Made by a program: the position numbers and the translations under genes. The notes under the pieces were generated by a model. The model made no database searches. It was not told the origin of the DNA and saw only the letters and a program-made list of their open reading frames with translations. Below are positions 1 to 8,612 of a stretch of 30,733 nt of DNA, piece by piece. Every line of letters starts with the position of its first letter. The first letter of the stretch is position 1. Origin of the DNA: Promethearchaeota archaeon (GTDB lineage Archaea > Asgardarchaeota > Lokiarchaeia > Sigyniarchaeales > SOKP01); the NCBI GenBank assembly GCA_019058295.1, contig JAHPZI010000008.1, forward strand, positions 68,132 through 98,864, read 5' to 3'.

Positions 1-2
1 TG

Positions 3-158
3 TATACTTCAGAAGAACTAAATTTTCCTAAGGTTGTATTAAAAGATTTTGTTGATAAATTTGAAACCCTTTATCATAATATCTTATTAGTATGGGATGG
101 AGCCACAGATATATTTAAACCAGCTGAAATTATGGCAAATGATCTGTTTCTCAAGTAA
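3..158 (+). CDS. 3' end of a gene running in from the left; C-terminus resembles an Asgard longin-like domain
   Basis: Open frame from base 3 to TAA at 156-158: YTSEELNFPKVVLKDFVDKFETLYHNILLVWDGATDIFKPAEIMANDLFLK*. The F..KF...Y...L..W.G....F pattern resembles Asgard longin-like C-termini. A T-run follows the stop. Confidence 0.6.
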   Translation, partial: YTSEELNFPKVVLKDFVDKFETLYHNILLVWDGATDIFKPAEIMANDLFLK

Positions 159-172
159 TTTTTTTATTTTTC
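159..172 (+). terminator. Archaeal oligo-T terminator
   Basis: T-rich run directly after the TAA at 158. Confidence 0.4.
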
Positions 173-247
173 TGGTGGCTATTTTGCTTTATTTTCTTAA
201 ATACTTTATTTTGCGTCGTTAGATTAAGCTATAAATCTTTTAACTAA

Positions 248-1387
248 TCATAAAAATTTATCTAATCCCCTTTTTTGCTTCAAATCCGTACTTCTCTCTA
301 GATAAGGAGTAATAAATTTAATAATTCTAGAATTAAAATTTCTTAATTTAGGCAACTCTCCTCTCTTATAAACATCCAGGATTGATTCTTCTAAATTATT
401 TAGATTTAATCCTGCCCATTTCATTGTACTAGATGATTTTCCTTCTAATGATTCCATATATTCCTTATTTAGTAAAAGTTCTGATATTTTATAATTCCAT
501 TTTCGGTAATCATTAGGTATCCAACGTTTCATTCTAACTTTTAGATTGTATTTTTTACATAGATTCAGCAATTTTTTATTTAATCTCATATAATATTCTT
601 GCCAGCTCTTTATCTTTCCATTATATAAATCTAATAATGGTTGAGTCAGATCCTTATAATTGCTTTTTTTTAACTTTTTAATAAAAAAATCTTTTTGAGA
701 ATCCCTTAATGTCAAACCACTAAATAATACAAATTCAGCACCAGCTTCGCTTGATTTCTGAATCACTTCATCTAAATTCTTATTATTATCACATAAAAAA
801 GGAATAATTGGCATGAAATTTATGCCAACTTGAGCATTGGGAGCTTTGTGTTTAATCTTTTTTAAAGCATCAAGACGTTCCTCTGGAGTTGACGAGAAGG
901 GTTCGAGAAATCTCGCTAATTCTTCATCCATGGTAGTAATAGAGAATCCTATAGCACACCAAGTATTAATGGCAATTTTTTCGAAAAGTTCAATATCTCT
1001 TGTAATTAGATTCGATTTAGTGGAAATACAAACAGGATATTTATATTTGACGAATATTTTCAAGATTTTCATTGTATTTTCAGCTTTTTCCTCAATTTGC
1101 TGATATGCATCATTCACGCCACCCATAGCCACTACATCTGGCAATAGGGTTCTAGCCCTTTTGATTCTCAAATCCAATTTTTTATTAATATCAGTCTTAA
1201 TTATGACTTCATTCTCAAAATCTTGTATTTCTTGTAAATAATAGCGATTACTCCGGGCATCACAATATACACAAGCATGCTCACAGCCAGAATAGGGATT
1301 TATCGTATATCTTGCCCAAAACCAAGAATCAGGAAATTTTAGCTTATTCAATGCCGTCTTGAATTCCCTATTAATATATTTTACCAT
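248..1387 (-). CDS. Radical SAM protein, SplB/Rv2578c-like (COG1533 DNA-repair family)
   Basis: INPYSGCEHACVYCDAR contains the CxxxCxxC motif. GGVNDAYQ, ISTKS.LI.RD, LEP......RL and MPIIPFL.D segments are typical of the family. Confidence 0.85.
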   Translation of the reverse strand: MVKYINREFKTALNKLKFPDSWFWARYTINPYSGCEHACVYCDARSNRYYLQEIQDFENEVIIKTDINKKLDLRIKRARTLLPDVVAMGGVNDAYQQIEEKAENTMKILKIFVKYKYPVCISTKSNLITRDIELFEKIAINTWCAIGFSITTMDEELARFLEPFSSTPEERLDALKKIKHKAPNAQVGINFMPIIPFLCDNNKNLDEVIQKSSEAGAEFVLFSGLTLRDSQKDFFIKKLKKSNYKDLTQPLLDLYNGKIKSWQEYYMRLNKKLLNLCKKYNLKVRMKRWIPNDYRKWNYKISELLLNKEYMESLEGKSSSTMKWAGLNLNNLEESILDVYKRGELPKLRNFNSRIIKFITPYLERSTDLKQKRGLDKFL

Positions 1388-1504
1388 TATCAGCCTAATT
1401 TTTATGAATATAACTGACTTATCTTTAATAATTAATAAATAAACAGAGATAATAAATTTGGATTTATTATAATATTTGGAAAAAAATAAGAATGAATAAA
1501 AAAA

Positions 1505-1576
1505 TGCGCCCTCCGGGAATTGAACCCGGGTCCTCGGGTTGGAAACCCGAGATTCTTACCACTATACTAAGAGCGC
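1505..1576 (-). tRNA. tRNA-Gly (anticodon TCC), no intron, CCA not encoded
   Basis: Minus strand reads GCGCTCTTAGTATAGTGGTAAGAATCTCGGGTTTCCAACCCGAGGACCCGGGTTCAATTCCCGGAGGGCGCA. Acceptor stem GCGCTCT/AGGGCGC, anticodon loop TTTCCAA, T-arm CCGGG-TTCAATT-CCCGG. Confidence 0.97.
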
Positions 1577-1611
1577 AGAATGATTTTTATTAATAACGTA
1601 TAATTTTTTAT

Positions 1612-2286
1612 TTAAATTAAACTATGCGAAATTTCATAGTAAGTAATTATTTTATTTATAACAACCCATGCATCTAATTGATGTTTTGAAATGGAGATTA
1701 AATTATCGGATAAAGATGAGATCTCTTTTGAAAAACTGCCTTTTTGAAAGCCTCCAATAAATGCAATATAATTTTTAGACGAGTTTTTGGGAAACAAGTT
1801 TTCATGGCTCTTAATTAATGATCCCCTATTAGAAAACAATAGTAGTTCTGAATTTTCAATGGTTTTTATTAAGTCATTTAAATTTCCATCTACTTGAGAG
1901 ATTAATTTTTTATCTTTAATAATTATATCTCCCTCTAATAATGTTTTTCCTATTAATCCTTTAAACCGATTATAATTTCTTGCTATTCTAATCTCTGGAT
2001 TTATATCAAAGATTCTATTATGAATTGTATGAATGTATATTTTTAAATTTCCACTCTTATTTAAAGGAGAACCTAGTGCATTGAGCAAACTAATATGGGT
2101 AATATCAGGACGACCTCTTTTATCGCGATTTTTGAGGTTTTTCATGGCAGAATGATGTAAAGCGTTATCTAAAAGTAGAGAATAATATTTTTTAACTTTT
2201 AAATTTCTTTTTACTGAAGGTTTATTGCGAATTTGCTTAGGAATTAATTCAAGTCCACAATCTACTAAAATAATGATCAATGGCAT
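1612..2286 (-). CDS. nep1: 16S rRNA pseudouridine-N1-methyltransferase Nep1/Emg1 (SPOUT)
   Basis: RGRPDITHISLL, SPLNKSG.L..YIHT, RIARNYNRFKGL and IGGFQKGSF motifs. Confidence 0.93.
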   Translation of the reverse strand: MPLIIILVDCGLELIPKQIRNKPSVKRNLKVKKYYSLLLDNALHHSAMKNLKNRDKRGRPDITHISLLNALGSPLNKSGNLKIYIHTIHNRIFDINPEIRIARNYNRFKGLIGKTLLEGDIIIKDKKLISQVDGNLNDLIKTIENSELLLFSNRGSLIKSHENLFPKNSSKNYIAFIGGFQKGSFSKEISSLSDNLISISKHQLDAWVVINKIITYYEISHSLI

Positions 2287-2329
2287 GGTTAATTTATGAT
2301 TTTTCTTATTAGAAATACATATTAGTCAA

Positions 2330-2653
2330 TTATATTTTTGTTTTAATAAAATATCGCGTTGTTTTATTACACTCAAAACAGGTTAAAGAAACATGTGAGC
2401 CCTTTCCTTTTCGAGATTGCATTCTTATCCTGCAATTTAACCCTGGATATAAAAATGATTTACATTTATTACATATGCGTTTTTTCCATTCAAATGGAAT
2501 TTTAATTCTGGCTCGCTGAGCGTAACGGCGAGCTAAATATACATATCTATTACTTAACCTCTTATTTTCATGAAATATTTCGTGAGCTCTTTGAAATAAG
2601 AAATTTATTCTATTTCTTGCGATCTGTTTAATTAAACGTTTAGAATTAGACAT
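2330..2653 (-). CDS. rnp4: RNase P protein component 4 (Rpp21)
   Basis: IARNRI..LF, RYV.LARR, and Zn ligands CNKC...PG...CFEC. Confidence 0.93.
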   Translation of the reverse strand: MSNSKRLIKQIARNRINFLFQRAHEIFHENKRLSNRYVYLARRYAQRARIKIPFEWKKRICNKCKSFLYPGLNCRIRMQSRKGKGSHVSLTCFECNKTTRYFIKTKI

Positions 2654-2677
2654 CTGATATATGTTTAAAATTAAATT

Positions 2678-2950
2678 CTATTGGTTTTTTTCAATTGGAT
2701 ATTTAGAAATGATAAATGTGAATCCACGCAAATCTAATAAATATGATTTAGTGTTTTTAGAAATGTTATGAGCAATTTCTTTCATATTTGATTTTATAGC
2801 AATAGATTTTAGTGCTTTAATTTTAATTATTTTATATCTCTTAAGCAATTTAGAGATATGACTTATGAATTCATTAGTAATTCCATTCTTTCCAAGAGTT
2901 GCATGCGGTTCTGATAAAAGTACTTTTTTAAATTCCTTAGTATAACCCAT
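2678..2950 (-). CDS. YhbY/CRS1 (CRM) RNA-binding protein
   Basis: P...LGKNGIT..FI..I...L.....IKIK.L and C-terminal RG.TFII; adjacent to rnp4 and rps19e as in other archaea. Confidence 0.85.
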   Translation of the reverse strand: MGYTKEFKKVLLSEPHATLGKNGITNEFISHISKLLKRYKIIKIKALKSIAIKSNMKEIAHNISKNTKSYLLDLRGFTFIISKYPIEKNQ

Positions 2951-3043
2951 TTTTTGTTCTTAAAATAAAAAAATTTTTAATTTTCTATTGATTTTACAAA
3001 ATATTATAATAATAAATAAGAAATATGAATTAAAGATATTAGC

Positions 3044-3469
3044 ATGTCGATATATATCATTGAACCAATGAAATTTATTCAAGCTGTCGCTGAAAAACTA
3101 AAAGAATACCCTGAAATCAATGCTCCAAATGGTTCGGAATTTTGGAAGACAGCATTTTATAAGGAATTAGCACCAGTCAATCATCATGCATTTTGGTATG
3201 TCCGATGTGCATCATTATTAAGAAAAATTAATAAATTTGGACCAATCGGAGTAAATCGATTAAGAAAGAAATACGGTGGCAGGAATAAAAGGGGTTCCGG
3301 TTTAAATCATAGTGCTAAAGGAAGTGGAAAAATCATAAGAGTGGCATTACAGCAATTAGAAAATGCTAATTTAATTGTAAAAACAGAAAAAAATGGCAGA
3401 ATTCTTTCTAATGAAGGAAGAAGCTTATTAGAAAGAACAGGATATTCTATTTCAAGAAAAAAAAGCTAA
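3044..3469 (+). CDS. rps19e: 30S ribosomal protein eS19
   Basis: KTAFYKELAP, WYVRCASLLRK, GVNRLRKKYGG and GSGKIIRVALQQLE motifs. Confidence 0.97.
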   Translation: MSIYIIEPMKFIQAVAEKLKEYPEINAPNGSEFWKTAFYKELAPVNHHAFWYVRCASLLRKINKFGPIGVNRLRKKYGGRNKRGSGLNHSAKGSGKIIRVALQQLENANLIVKTEKNGRILSNEGRSLLERTGYSISRKKS

Positions 3470-3484
3470 TTTGCGTGTTTTATT

Positions 3485-3829
3485 TTGAGTGACGAAGAAA
3501 AATTAGAAGAATTAAGAAGGAAGAAATTACAAGAAATACAACAACAAGTCGCTCAGCAACAAATAGCTGAGGCTCAAAAGCAAGATTTTGAAGCTCGTAA
3601 ATATCAGATAATGAGAAAGATACTTTCACAAGAAGGAAGACAACGATTAGAAAACATTCGAATTGTTAAGCCTGAATTTGCCCAAGAAATTGAATTTCAA
3701 TTAATACAACTAGCTCAAGCAGGAAGATTAAGAGGTCCATTATCGGACGCAGCTTTTAAAAAGTTGTTAGAACAACTTTCCGGTAAGAAAAAAGATTTTA
3801 AAATTAAGAAATTTGATCAAACAATCTAA
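3485..3829 (+). CDS. PDCD5/TFAR19-family DNA-binding protein (TTG start)
   Basis: LEELRRKKLQE...ILSQEGRQRLENIRIVKPEFA..IE.QLIQLAQ.G; conserved position after rps19e. Confidence 0.92.
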   Translation: MSDEEKLEELRRKKLQEIQQQVAQQQIAEAQKQDFEARKYQIMRKILSQEGRQRLENIRIVKPEFAQEIEFQLIQLAQAGRLRGPLSDAAFKKLLEQLSGKKKDFKIKKFDQTI

Positions 3830-3849
3830 AGAGAGAGAGAAATTATATT

Positions 3850-4011
3850 ATGGCAAGAAATAAAGATTTACCCTCTAAATTAAGAAGAGCTAAAAAGCTG
3901 AATCAGAGTAAATCCATTCCCAGTTGGGTTACAATGAAGACAGGGGGTAAAATAAGAACCAGCCCCTACACCAGGCGGGAATGGAGAAACACAAAGCTCA
4001 AAAGGGATTAG
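3850..4011 (+). CDS. rpl39e: 50S ribosomal protein eL39 (not in the ORF track)
   Basis: Own translation: MARNKDLPSKLRRAKKLNQSKSIPSWVTMKTGGKIRTSPYTRREWRNTKLKRD*. It has the P.WV..KT and RR.WR..KL signatures and sits just before rpl31e. Confidence 0.95.
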   Translation: MARNKDLPSKLRRAKKLNQSKSIPSWVTMKTGGKIRTSPYTRREWRNTKLKRD

Positions 4012-4055
4012 AAAAACAATTAATTTCATTAATAAACAGAAGAAATTGAAAAAAA

Positions 4056-4526
4056 ATGGCGAAAAAAAAAAGTAAAGAAATTAGTTTAGATGATTTAGAA
4101 CAAGAGTTGGATACCGAAGAGATTCAAGAAGAAGAAATTGAAGAAATTGAAGAAGAAGAAATTGAAGAAATTGAAGAATTTGAAATAGAAGAGATTTCTG
4201 AAGAGCAAGAAATCGAAGAAATATTTGAAGAAGAAATTGAAGAAGAATTAGAAGAAGTTGAAGCCCCCAAAGAAGAGATTATTGATGAAAGACTATATAA
4301 TATACCAATCGCGAAAGCTCGAAGAGGTCCTAGAAAGAAATGGGCAAAGAAATCGATTAGATATTTACGGGACTATTTGGATCGCCATTTTAAACCCGAA
4401 TCTTTAATTATTTCACAAGAAGTAAATGAGAAGATTTGGGAACGGGGCGCTCAAAAACCCCCTCGAAAATTGAAAGTAAGAGCAACAAAGAATATTGATG
4501 GATTAGTTGTTGTATATCTCGCCTGA
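4056..4526 (+). CDS. rpl31e: 50S ribosomal protein eL31 with a long acidic N-terminal extension
   Basis: C-terminal ERLYNIP...RKKWAKKSI...VNEKIWERGAQKPPRKLKVRA is eL31. The first ~75 aa are Glu/Ile low complexity. Confidence 0.93.
   Translation: MAKKKSKEISLDDLEQELDTEEIQEEEIEEIEEEEIEEIEEFEIEEISEEQEIEEIFEEEIEEELEEVEAPKEEIIDERLYNIPIAKARRGPRKKWAKKSIRYLRDYLDRHFKPESLIISQEVNEKIWERGAQKPPRKLKVRATKNIDGLVVVYLA
4128..4175 (+). repeat. Perfect 24-bp tandem duplication (EEEIEEIE x2) inside rpl31e
   Basis: GAAGAAGAAATTGAAGAAATTGAA at 4128-4151 and 4152-4175. Confidence 0.85.
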
Positions 4527-4561
4527 GATTATAACTCTACTACTTTTAAAATATAGTTTCG

Positions 4562-5245
4562 GTGGAAATTAAATCGTTGTCTATTCTTAAAGCTCAAGTT
4601 TTTGGAAATAATTTAATAGGCGTTTATTTAGCAGCAAATAATTCGTATGTTATATATCCTCATCTTCTATTAAAACCAATACTTAAAAAGTTCAAATCAG
4701 TTTTTAACGAACCGTTATTTCCTTTAACTATAAACAATTCTAATCTATTAGGAATATACACTGCGTCAAACAAATACGGAATTATAGTACCGAATATCAT
4801 AAAGGAAGATGAACTTAACTTGCTGAAATCAAATATTGGAGAGTCAACTCAAATCGGAATTCTCAATTCCTTAGATAATGCATTTGGAAACTTAATACTT
4901 TGCAACGATAAGGGTGCAATTATTAGCTCATTTTTAAAAGATTATAGGAAACAAATAGAAGATATTTTAAATGTTGAAATAGAAATTTTTGAATTTGCCG
5001 GTTCATATCTTCCTGGTTCAATATCCATAGCAAATAATAACGGTTGTTTAGTCCACCCTCTTGCTGATGACAATGAAATTGAGAGGATTACATCAATTTT
5101 AAAAGTAGAAACCGATGTAAGCACTATAAATCGAGGTATTCCATATCTAAGTGCGGGTGCGATAGTAAACGATAAAAGTGGAATTTTTGGCCAGGATTCA
5201 ACTGGACCAGAATTAATGAGGCTTACTTCCGTTCTAAAGCTCTAA
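4562..5245 (+). CDS. eif6: Translation initiation/anti-association factor aIF6
   Basis: N.IGVY, GNLILCNDKGA, NNNGCLVHP, TINRG...L.AG..VND.....G...TGPEL motifs. Start could instead be the TTG at 4577. Confidence 0.95.
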   Translation: MEIKSLSILKAQVFGNNLIGVYLAANNSYVIYPHLLLKPILKKFKSVFNEPLFPLTINNSNLLGIYTASNKYGIIVPNIIKEDELNLLKSNIGESTQIGILNSLDNAFGNLILCNDKGAIISSFLKDYRKQIEDILNVEIEIFEFAGSYLPGSISIANNNGCLVHPLADDNEIERITSILKVETDVSTINRGIPYLSAGAIVNDKSGIFGQDSTGPELMRLTSVLKL

Positions 5246-5317
5246 ATAATGTAATTTTCTCTTAAATCTAAAAAAAAGGAAAATTTAATATTTTTTAAAT
5301 GATTTTACAATATAATT

Positions 5318-5548
5318 ATGTCATCTGAGATAAAGATATTTCTAATTATTGGTACCTATAAAAAGAAACAAAAAAAATACCTTTTTAGAAAGGAAATCCG
5401 TGCGCTTAAAGAAAAAGATGCTCTTGAAAAAGCATTATCACAAATAACATCTATAGGTATTTATAGGCGACAAATTAAAATTGAAGAAATAAAGGAAATT
5501 ACAGCAGAAGAAAGTCAAGATCATCTTATACGTGAATTATCTCAATAG
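5318..5548 (+). CDS. rpl20e: 50S ribosomal protein eL20 (LX/L18Ae)
   Basis: F.I.G......F.KEIRALKE.DA.EK..S.I.S....RRQIKIEEI; lies between eif6 and pfdA. Confidence 0.88.
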   Translation: MSSEIKIFLIIGTYKKKQKKYLFRKEIRALKEKDALEKALSQITSIGIYRRQIKIEEIKEITAEESQDHLIRELSQ

Positions 5549-5579
5549 ATTATAGTTAACTCAATCTGAGTGAAAAAAT

Positions 5580-5996
5580 ATGGAAAATCCTGAAGAAAAT
5601 AAACAAGCTTTATTATATCAATTTAAGTACTTAAAAGATCAAAGGGATATGTTCGCTAATCAATTAGAGTTTGTGAATGCATCTCTTAATAACCTTATGA
5701 ACACTAAAGTTACTACAGAAAATTTAAAGAATGTTAAAGAGGGCGAGGAGATTTTAGTCCCAATAGGCGGATTACTTAATATTTATGCAACAATCAAAAA
5801 TCCTAATAAAGTTCAACTTTATATTTCACAAGACGTTTTGATTGAAAAAGATTTAGATAGTTCAATAGAATTTATTGATAAGGTTATTGAACAGCACAAT
5901 GAACAATTACAATTTTTAAGAACCCAGATACAAAATTTGGATTTAAACCTTCAAAATATGTCAATGGCTTTTCAGAGAAGCGGTTTTCAGCCATAA
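5580..5996 (+). CDS. pfdA: Prefoldin alpha subunit
   Basis: Coiled coil, EILVPIGG beta hairpins, coiled coil; conserved position before ftsY. Confidence 0.9.
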   Translation: MENPEENKQALLYQFKYLKDQRDMFANQLEFVNASLNNLMNTKVTTENLKNVKEGEEILVPIGGLLNIYATIKNPNKVQLYISQDVLIEKDLDSSIEFIDKVIEQHNEQLQFLRTQIQNLDLNLQNMSMAFQRSGFQP

Positions 5997-6051
5997 TAAT
6001 TAATTTAATCAAGTTAAATTCAAATATAATTCATTTCATGTGATATAATTA

Positions 6052-6954
6052 ATGCTTGATAAATTAAAAAAAGGTTTCTCTTCTTTTGTCAAAAAAACTT
6101 TAAGTGAAAAAAAAATATCTAATTCAATTACTGATTTAAAGCTACTTCTTTTGAGTAATGATGTTGCAATTGATACCGCAGATGAGATTTGCGACAGAAT
6201 TGTGGAATCATTTAAAGATGAACAAATTGGAAGATTTTCTTCTACAAAGAAAATGCTATTTGAAACTTTAAAAGATATTATTACAGATATTCTAACTCCT
6301 GACGAAGAGATAGATATATTAAATGAAATTAAAAAAAAAAAAATCGAAAAAAACCTTCCTTTTGTTATTGTTTTTTTAGGAGTTAACGGAACGGGAAAAA
6401 CAACAACAATGGCAAAAATCGCCCATTATTTAAAAAAGCAAAATATATCCTCTGTGGCGGCAGCAGCCGATACTTTTAGAGCTGGAGCCATTGAGCAGCT
6501 TTCATATCATATGAATAATGTGGATATTAGAGTAATTAAACACGATTATAAATCGGATCCGGCTTCTGTTGCTTTCGACACCATCGAGCATGCTAAAGCA
6601 AAGGGGATTGATGTTGTTCTTATAGATACTGCAGGGAGGCAGGTTAGTGATAAGAACTTAATGATTGAGCTTGAAAAAATCGTTCGAGTGGCGCAACCAG
6701 ATTTAATCATATTTGTGGGTGATAGCCTTGCTGGGAATGACGCTCTTTTTCAAGCAAAAGAATTTAAAAAGCACGTGGGTATTGATGCTAACATATTAAC
6801 AAAATTAGATGCTGACGCTAAAGGTGGAGCTGCTTTGTCAATCTCTTTTGAGACAAGAAAACCAATTATATTTATGGGTGTGGGACAAGATTATAACGAT
6901 TTAGAAGTATTTAATCGCGATTTTATTATCTCAAATATACTCGATTTAGATTGA
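6052..6954 (+). CDS. ftsY: SRP receptor GTPase FtsY
   Basis: LL.NDVA, GVNGTGKTTT, DTFRAGAIEQL, DTAGR, TKLDADAKGG and GVGQ.Y.DL motifs. Confidence 0.97.
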   Translation: MLDKLKKGFSSFVKKTLSEKKISNSITDLKLLLLSNDVAIDTADEICDRIVESFKDEQIGRFSSTKKMLFETLKDIITDILTPDEEIDILNEIKKKKIEKNLPFVIVFLGVNGTGKTTTMAKIAHYLKKQNISSVAAAADTFRAGAIEQLSYHMNNVDIRVIKHDYKSDPASVAFDTIEHAKAKGIDVVLIDTAGRQVSDKNLMIELEKIVRVAQPDLIIFVGDSLAGNDALFQAKEFKKHVGIDANILTKLDADAKGGAALSISFETRKPIIFMGVGQDYNDLEVFNRDFIISNILDLD

Positions 6955-7018
6955 ATTTTTCCTACAATATTTAATTAAGAGATAAATTTTTTAAAAATAA
7001 TTAATTGGATAGAATAGA

Positions 7019-7261
7019 ATGTCAAATTACCCCAAATATGATAAATACTCTAAGTATCAATCTAAACAGAAGCCAGGAAGGTATCAAAGATTAACCCAAT
7101 TCCTAAAAAATGCAAAGAGAATTATTAAGACCGCCAATAAACCTTCAAGAAAAGAATATTGGTTGATATTTAAAATATGTGGAATTGGTATTGTTGTTTT
7201 AGGGGTAGTATCCTACGTTATTCAGTTAATCTTTTCTGTAGCTCTCCCAATCGGTAAGTAA
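7019..7261 (+). CDS. secE: Protein translocase subunit SecE/Sec61-gamma
   Basis: RIIK.A.KPSRKEY...KICG.GI..LG...Y.I with a single C-terminal TM helix. Confidence 0.93.
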   Translation: MSNYPKYDKYSKYQSKQKPGRYQRLTQFLKNAKRIIKTANKPSRKEYWLIFKICGIGIVVLGVVSYVIQLIFSVALPIGK

Positions 7262-7298
7262 TCTTTTTCTATTTTAAAAAATTATATAAAAGTTTAAT

Positions 7299-8471
7299 TT
7301 AAAAAAAATAAATTGAGATATTTTTTGGAACTCTTAATTTATTTTCCTTAGTTTTACACGCTATAAATTTTATTTTTAAATTAACGCAAATTGAAAGTAA
7401 ACGTTTTGTTAACACTCCATCAATAATTATGTATGTTAGATCCTTATAATCGCGGATTTTTTTAAAAATTTCTCCGACAGACATCTCAAAAAGTTTATTC
7501 ATTTTTTTATTAAATCCTATGCTCTGTCCGGGTTTAATATTATTAATCTCTTCAATTATTAAATCCTCGTTCTTTACTTTAAGTTTTTTCAAGATATTAC
7601 TAAGTGCATTTTCTTTGCTTTCATCCTTAGGCATATCTTTTTTATTTAATTTATTTATAGGCCTTTTATTTTGTAGCGCTTTTATCATTTGCTTTCTCGT
7701 TAGCTCCTCAACCTCATATCCATCTGGGGCTCTTGCAACATAATCTATTTTAGCTATTTGTAATAGTTCGTTTAAGATAATTGTACCTCCTCTATCACCA
7801 TCTAAAAATGCTGTTACAGTTGATTTACTCTTTGTTAAGTCAATGATTGATTTGGGTATTTCTGTTCCTTGAACAGCAACCGTATTTTTAACGTCAATTC
7901 TTAGCAAATTTAAAACATCAGCTCTCCCTTCAACGATTAAAATTTCGGAACTATCATTAATTTCAGGTCCAGCTGGTAGGTTTTCTGGTCCCCAAGAGGT
8001 TATTTCTCCAAGTTTAATGTCTTTCTCAATTTTTTCTTCTATTTCAGAAGGTTCCATAGATTTTGAATCCCATTCTTTTAATAGTTCGGCTGCTCTTTCT
8101 ATGATTTGCTTACGTTTTGTTTCCCGGACGTCTTTAATTTCAATTAATTTTATTTCAGCTTCACAAGGTCCTACGCGAGATACAGTTTCTATGGTCGCAG
8201 CAAGTAGCGCTGTTTCTTTACGGGTAAGACTGGAAGGGATTTTGATGACGCCCTCGGAAATTCCTTCCTTAGATTCATTTTCTACTTCTATCCTTCCTAT
8301 TCGACCAGATTTTTGAAGATCTCTTAAATCTAGGTCTAAGAGGAGTCCTTCTGTCTGGCCAAAAACCGCACCAACGATATCTGATTTCTCAACTACGCCC
8401 TTAATTGTAAATTTTGCATCTATAATATATTTTGTGGTAAAATCAGTCTGACTATTTGTAATCTTAATCAC
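7299..8471 (-). CDS. dnaG: Archaeal DnaG (TOPRIM; exosome-associated primase-like protein)
   Basis: GVVEKSDIVGAVFGQTEGLL, LQKSGRIGRIEV, IVEGRADVLNLL and FLDGDRGG motifs. The exact start (GTG 8471 or a downstream ATT) is uncertain. Confidence 0.95.
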   Translation of the reverse strand: MIKITNSQTDFTTKYIIDAKFTIKGVVEKSDIVGAVFGQTEGLLLDLDLRDLQKSGRIGRIEVENESKEGISEGVIKIPSSLTRKETALLAATIETVSRVGPCEAEIKLIEIKDVRETKRKQIIERAAELLKEWDSKSMEPSEIEEKIEKDIKLGEITSWGPENLPAGPEINDSSEILIVEGRADVLNLLRIDVKNTVAVQGTEIPKSIIDLTKSKSTVTAFLDGDRGGTIILNELLQIAKIDYVARAPDGYEVEELTRKQMIKALQNKRPINKLNKKDMPKDESKENALSNILKKLKVKNEDLIIEEINNIKPGQSIGFNKKMNKLFEMSVGEIFKKIRDYKDLTYIIIDGVLTKRLLSICVNLKIKFIACKTKENKLRVPKNISIYFF

Positions 8472-8536
8472 TCCTATATGATTTTATTTTAAATACATTT
8501 CGTACTTTTTGATTAAAAAATCAGAATTAAAATCTC

Positions 8537-8612
8537 AACTTATAATTTCGAATTATAAATTTAACTTATAATTTCGAATACAAACACCAGCTTATAATTT
8601 GCTATTATAAGC
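8537..8612. promoter_or_regulatory. Three CTTATAATTT boxes at exact 26-bp spacing upstream of dnaG
   Basis: Boxes start at 8539, 8565 and 8591. The first two extend to the 17-mer AACTTATAATTTCGAAT. Copies 1 and 3 form inverted repeats. Confidence 0.5.

Noticed and set aside
1388-1611. tRNA-Gly as an integration site for a mobile element
   Set aside because: No integrase, and I saw no duplicated tRNA 3' end elsewhere in the window.
8537-8612. 26-bp periodic boxes as a mini-CRISPR or replication origin
   Set aside because: The repeat and spacing are too short for CRISPR and there are no cas genes. There is no G-string ORB motif or cdc6/orc1 gene nearby.
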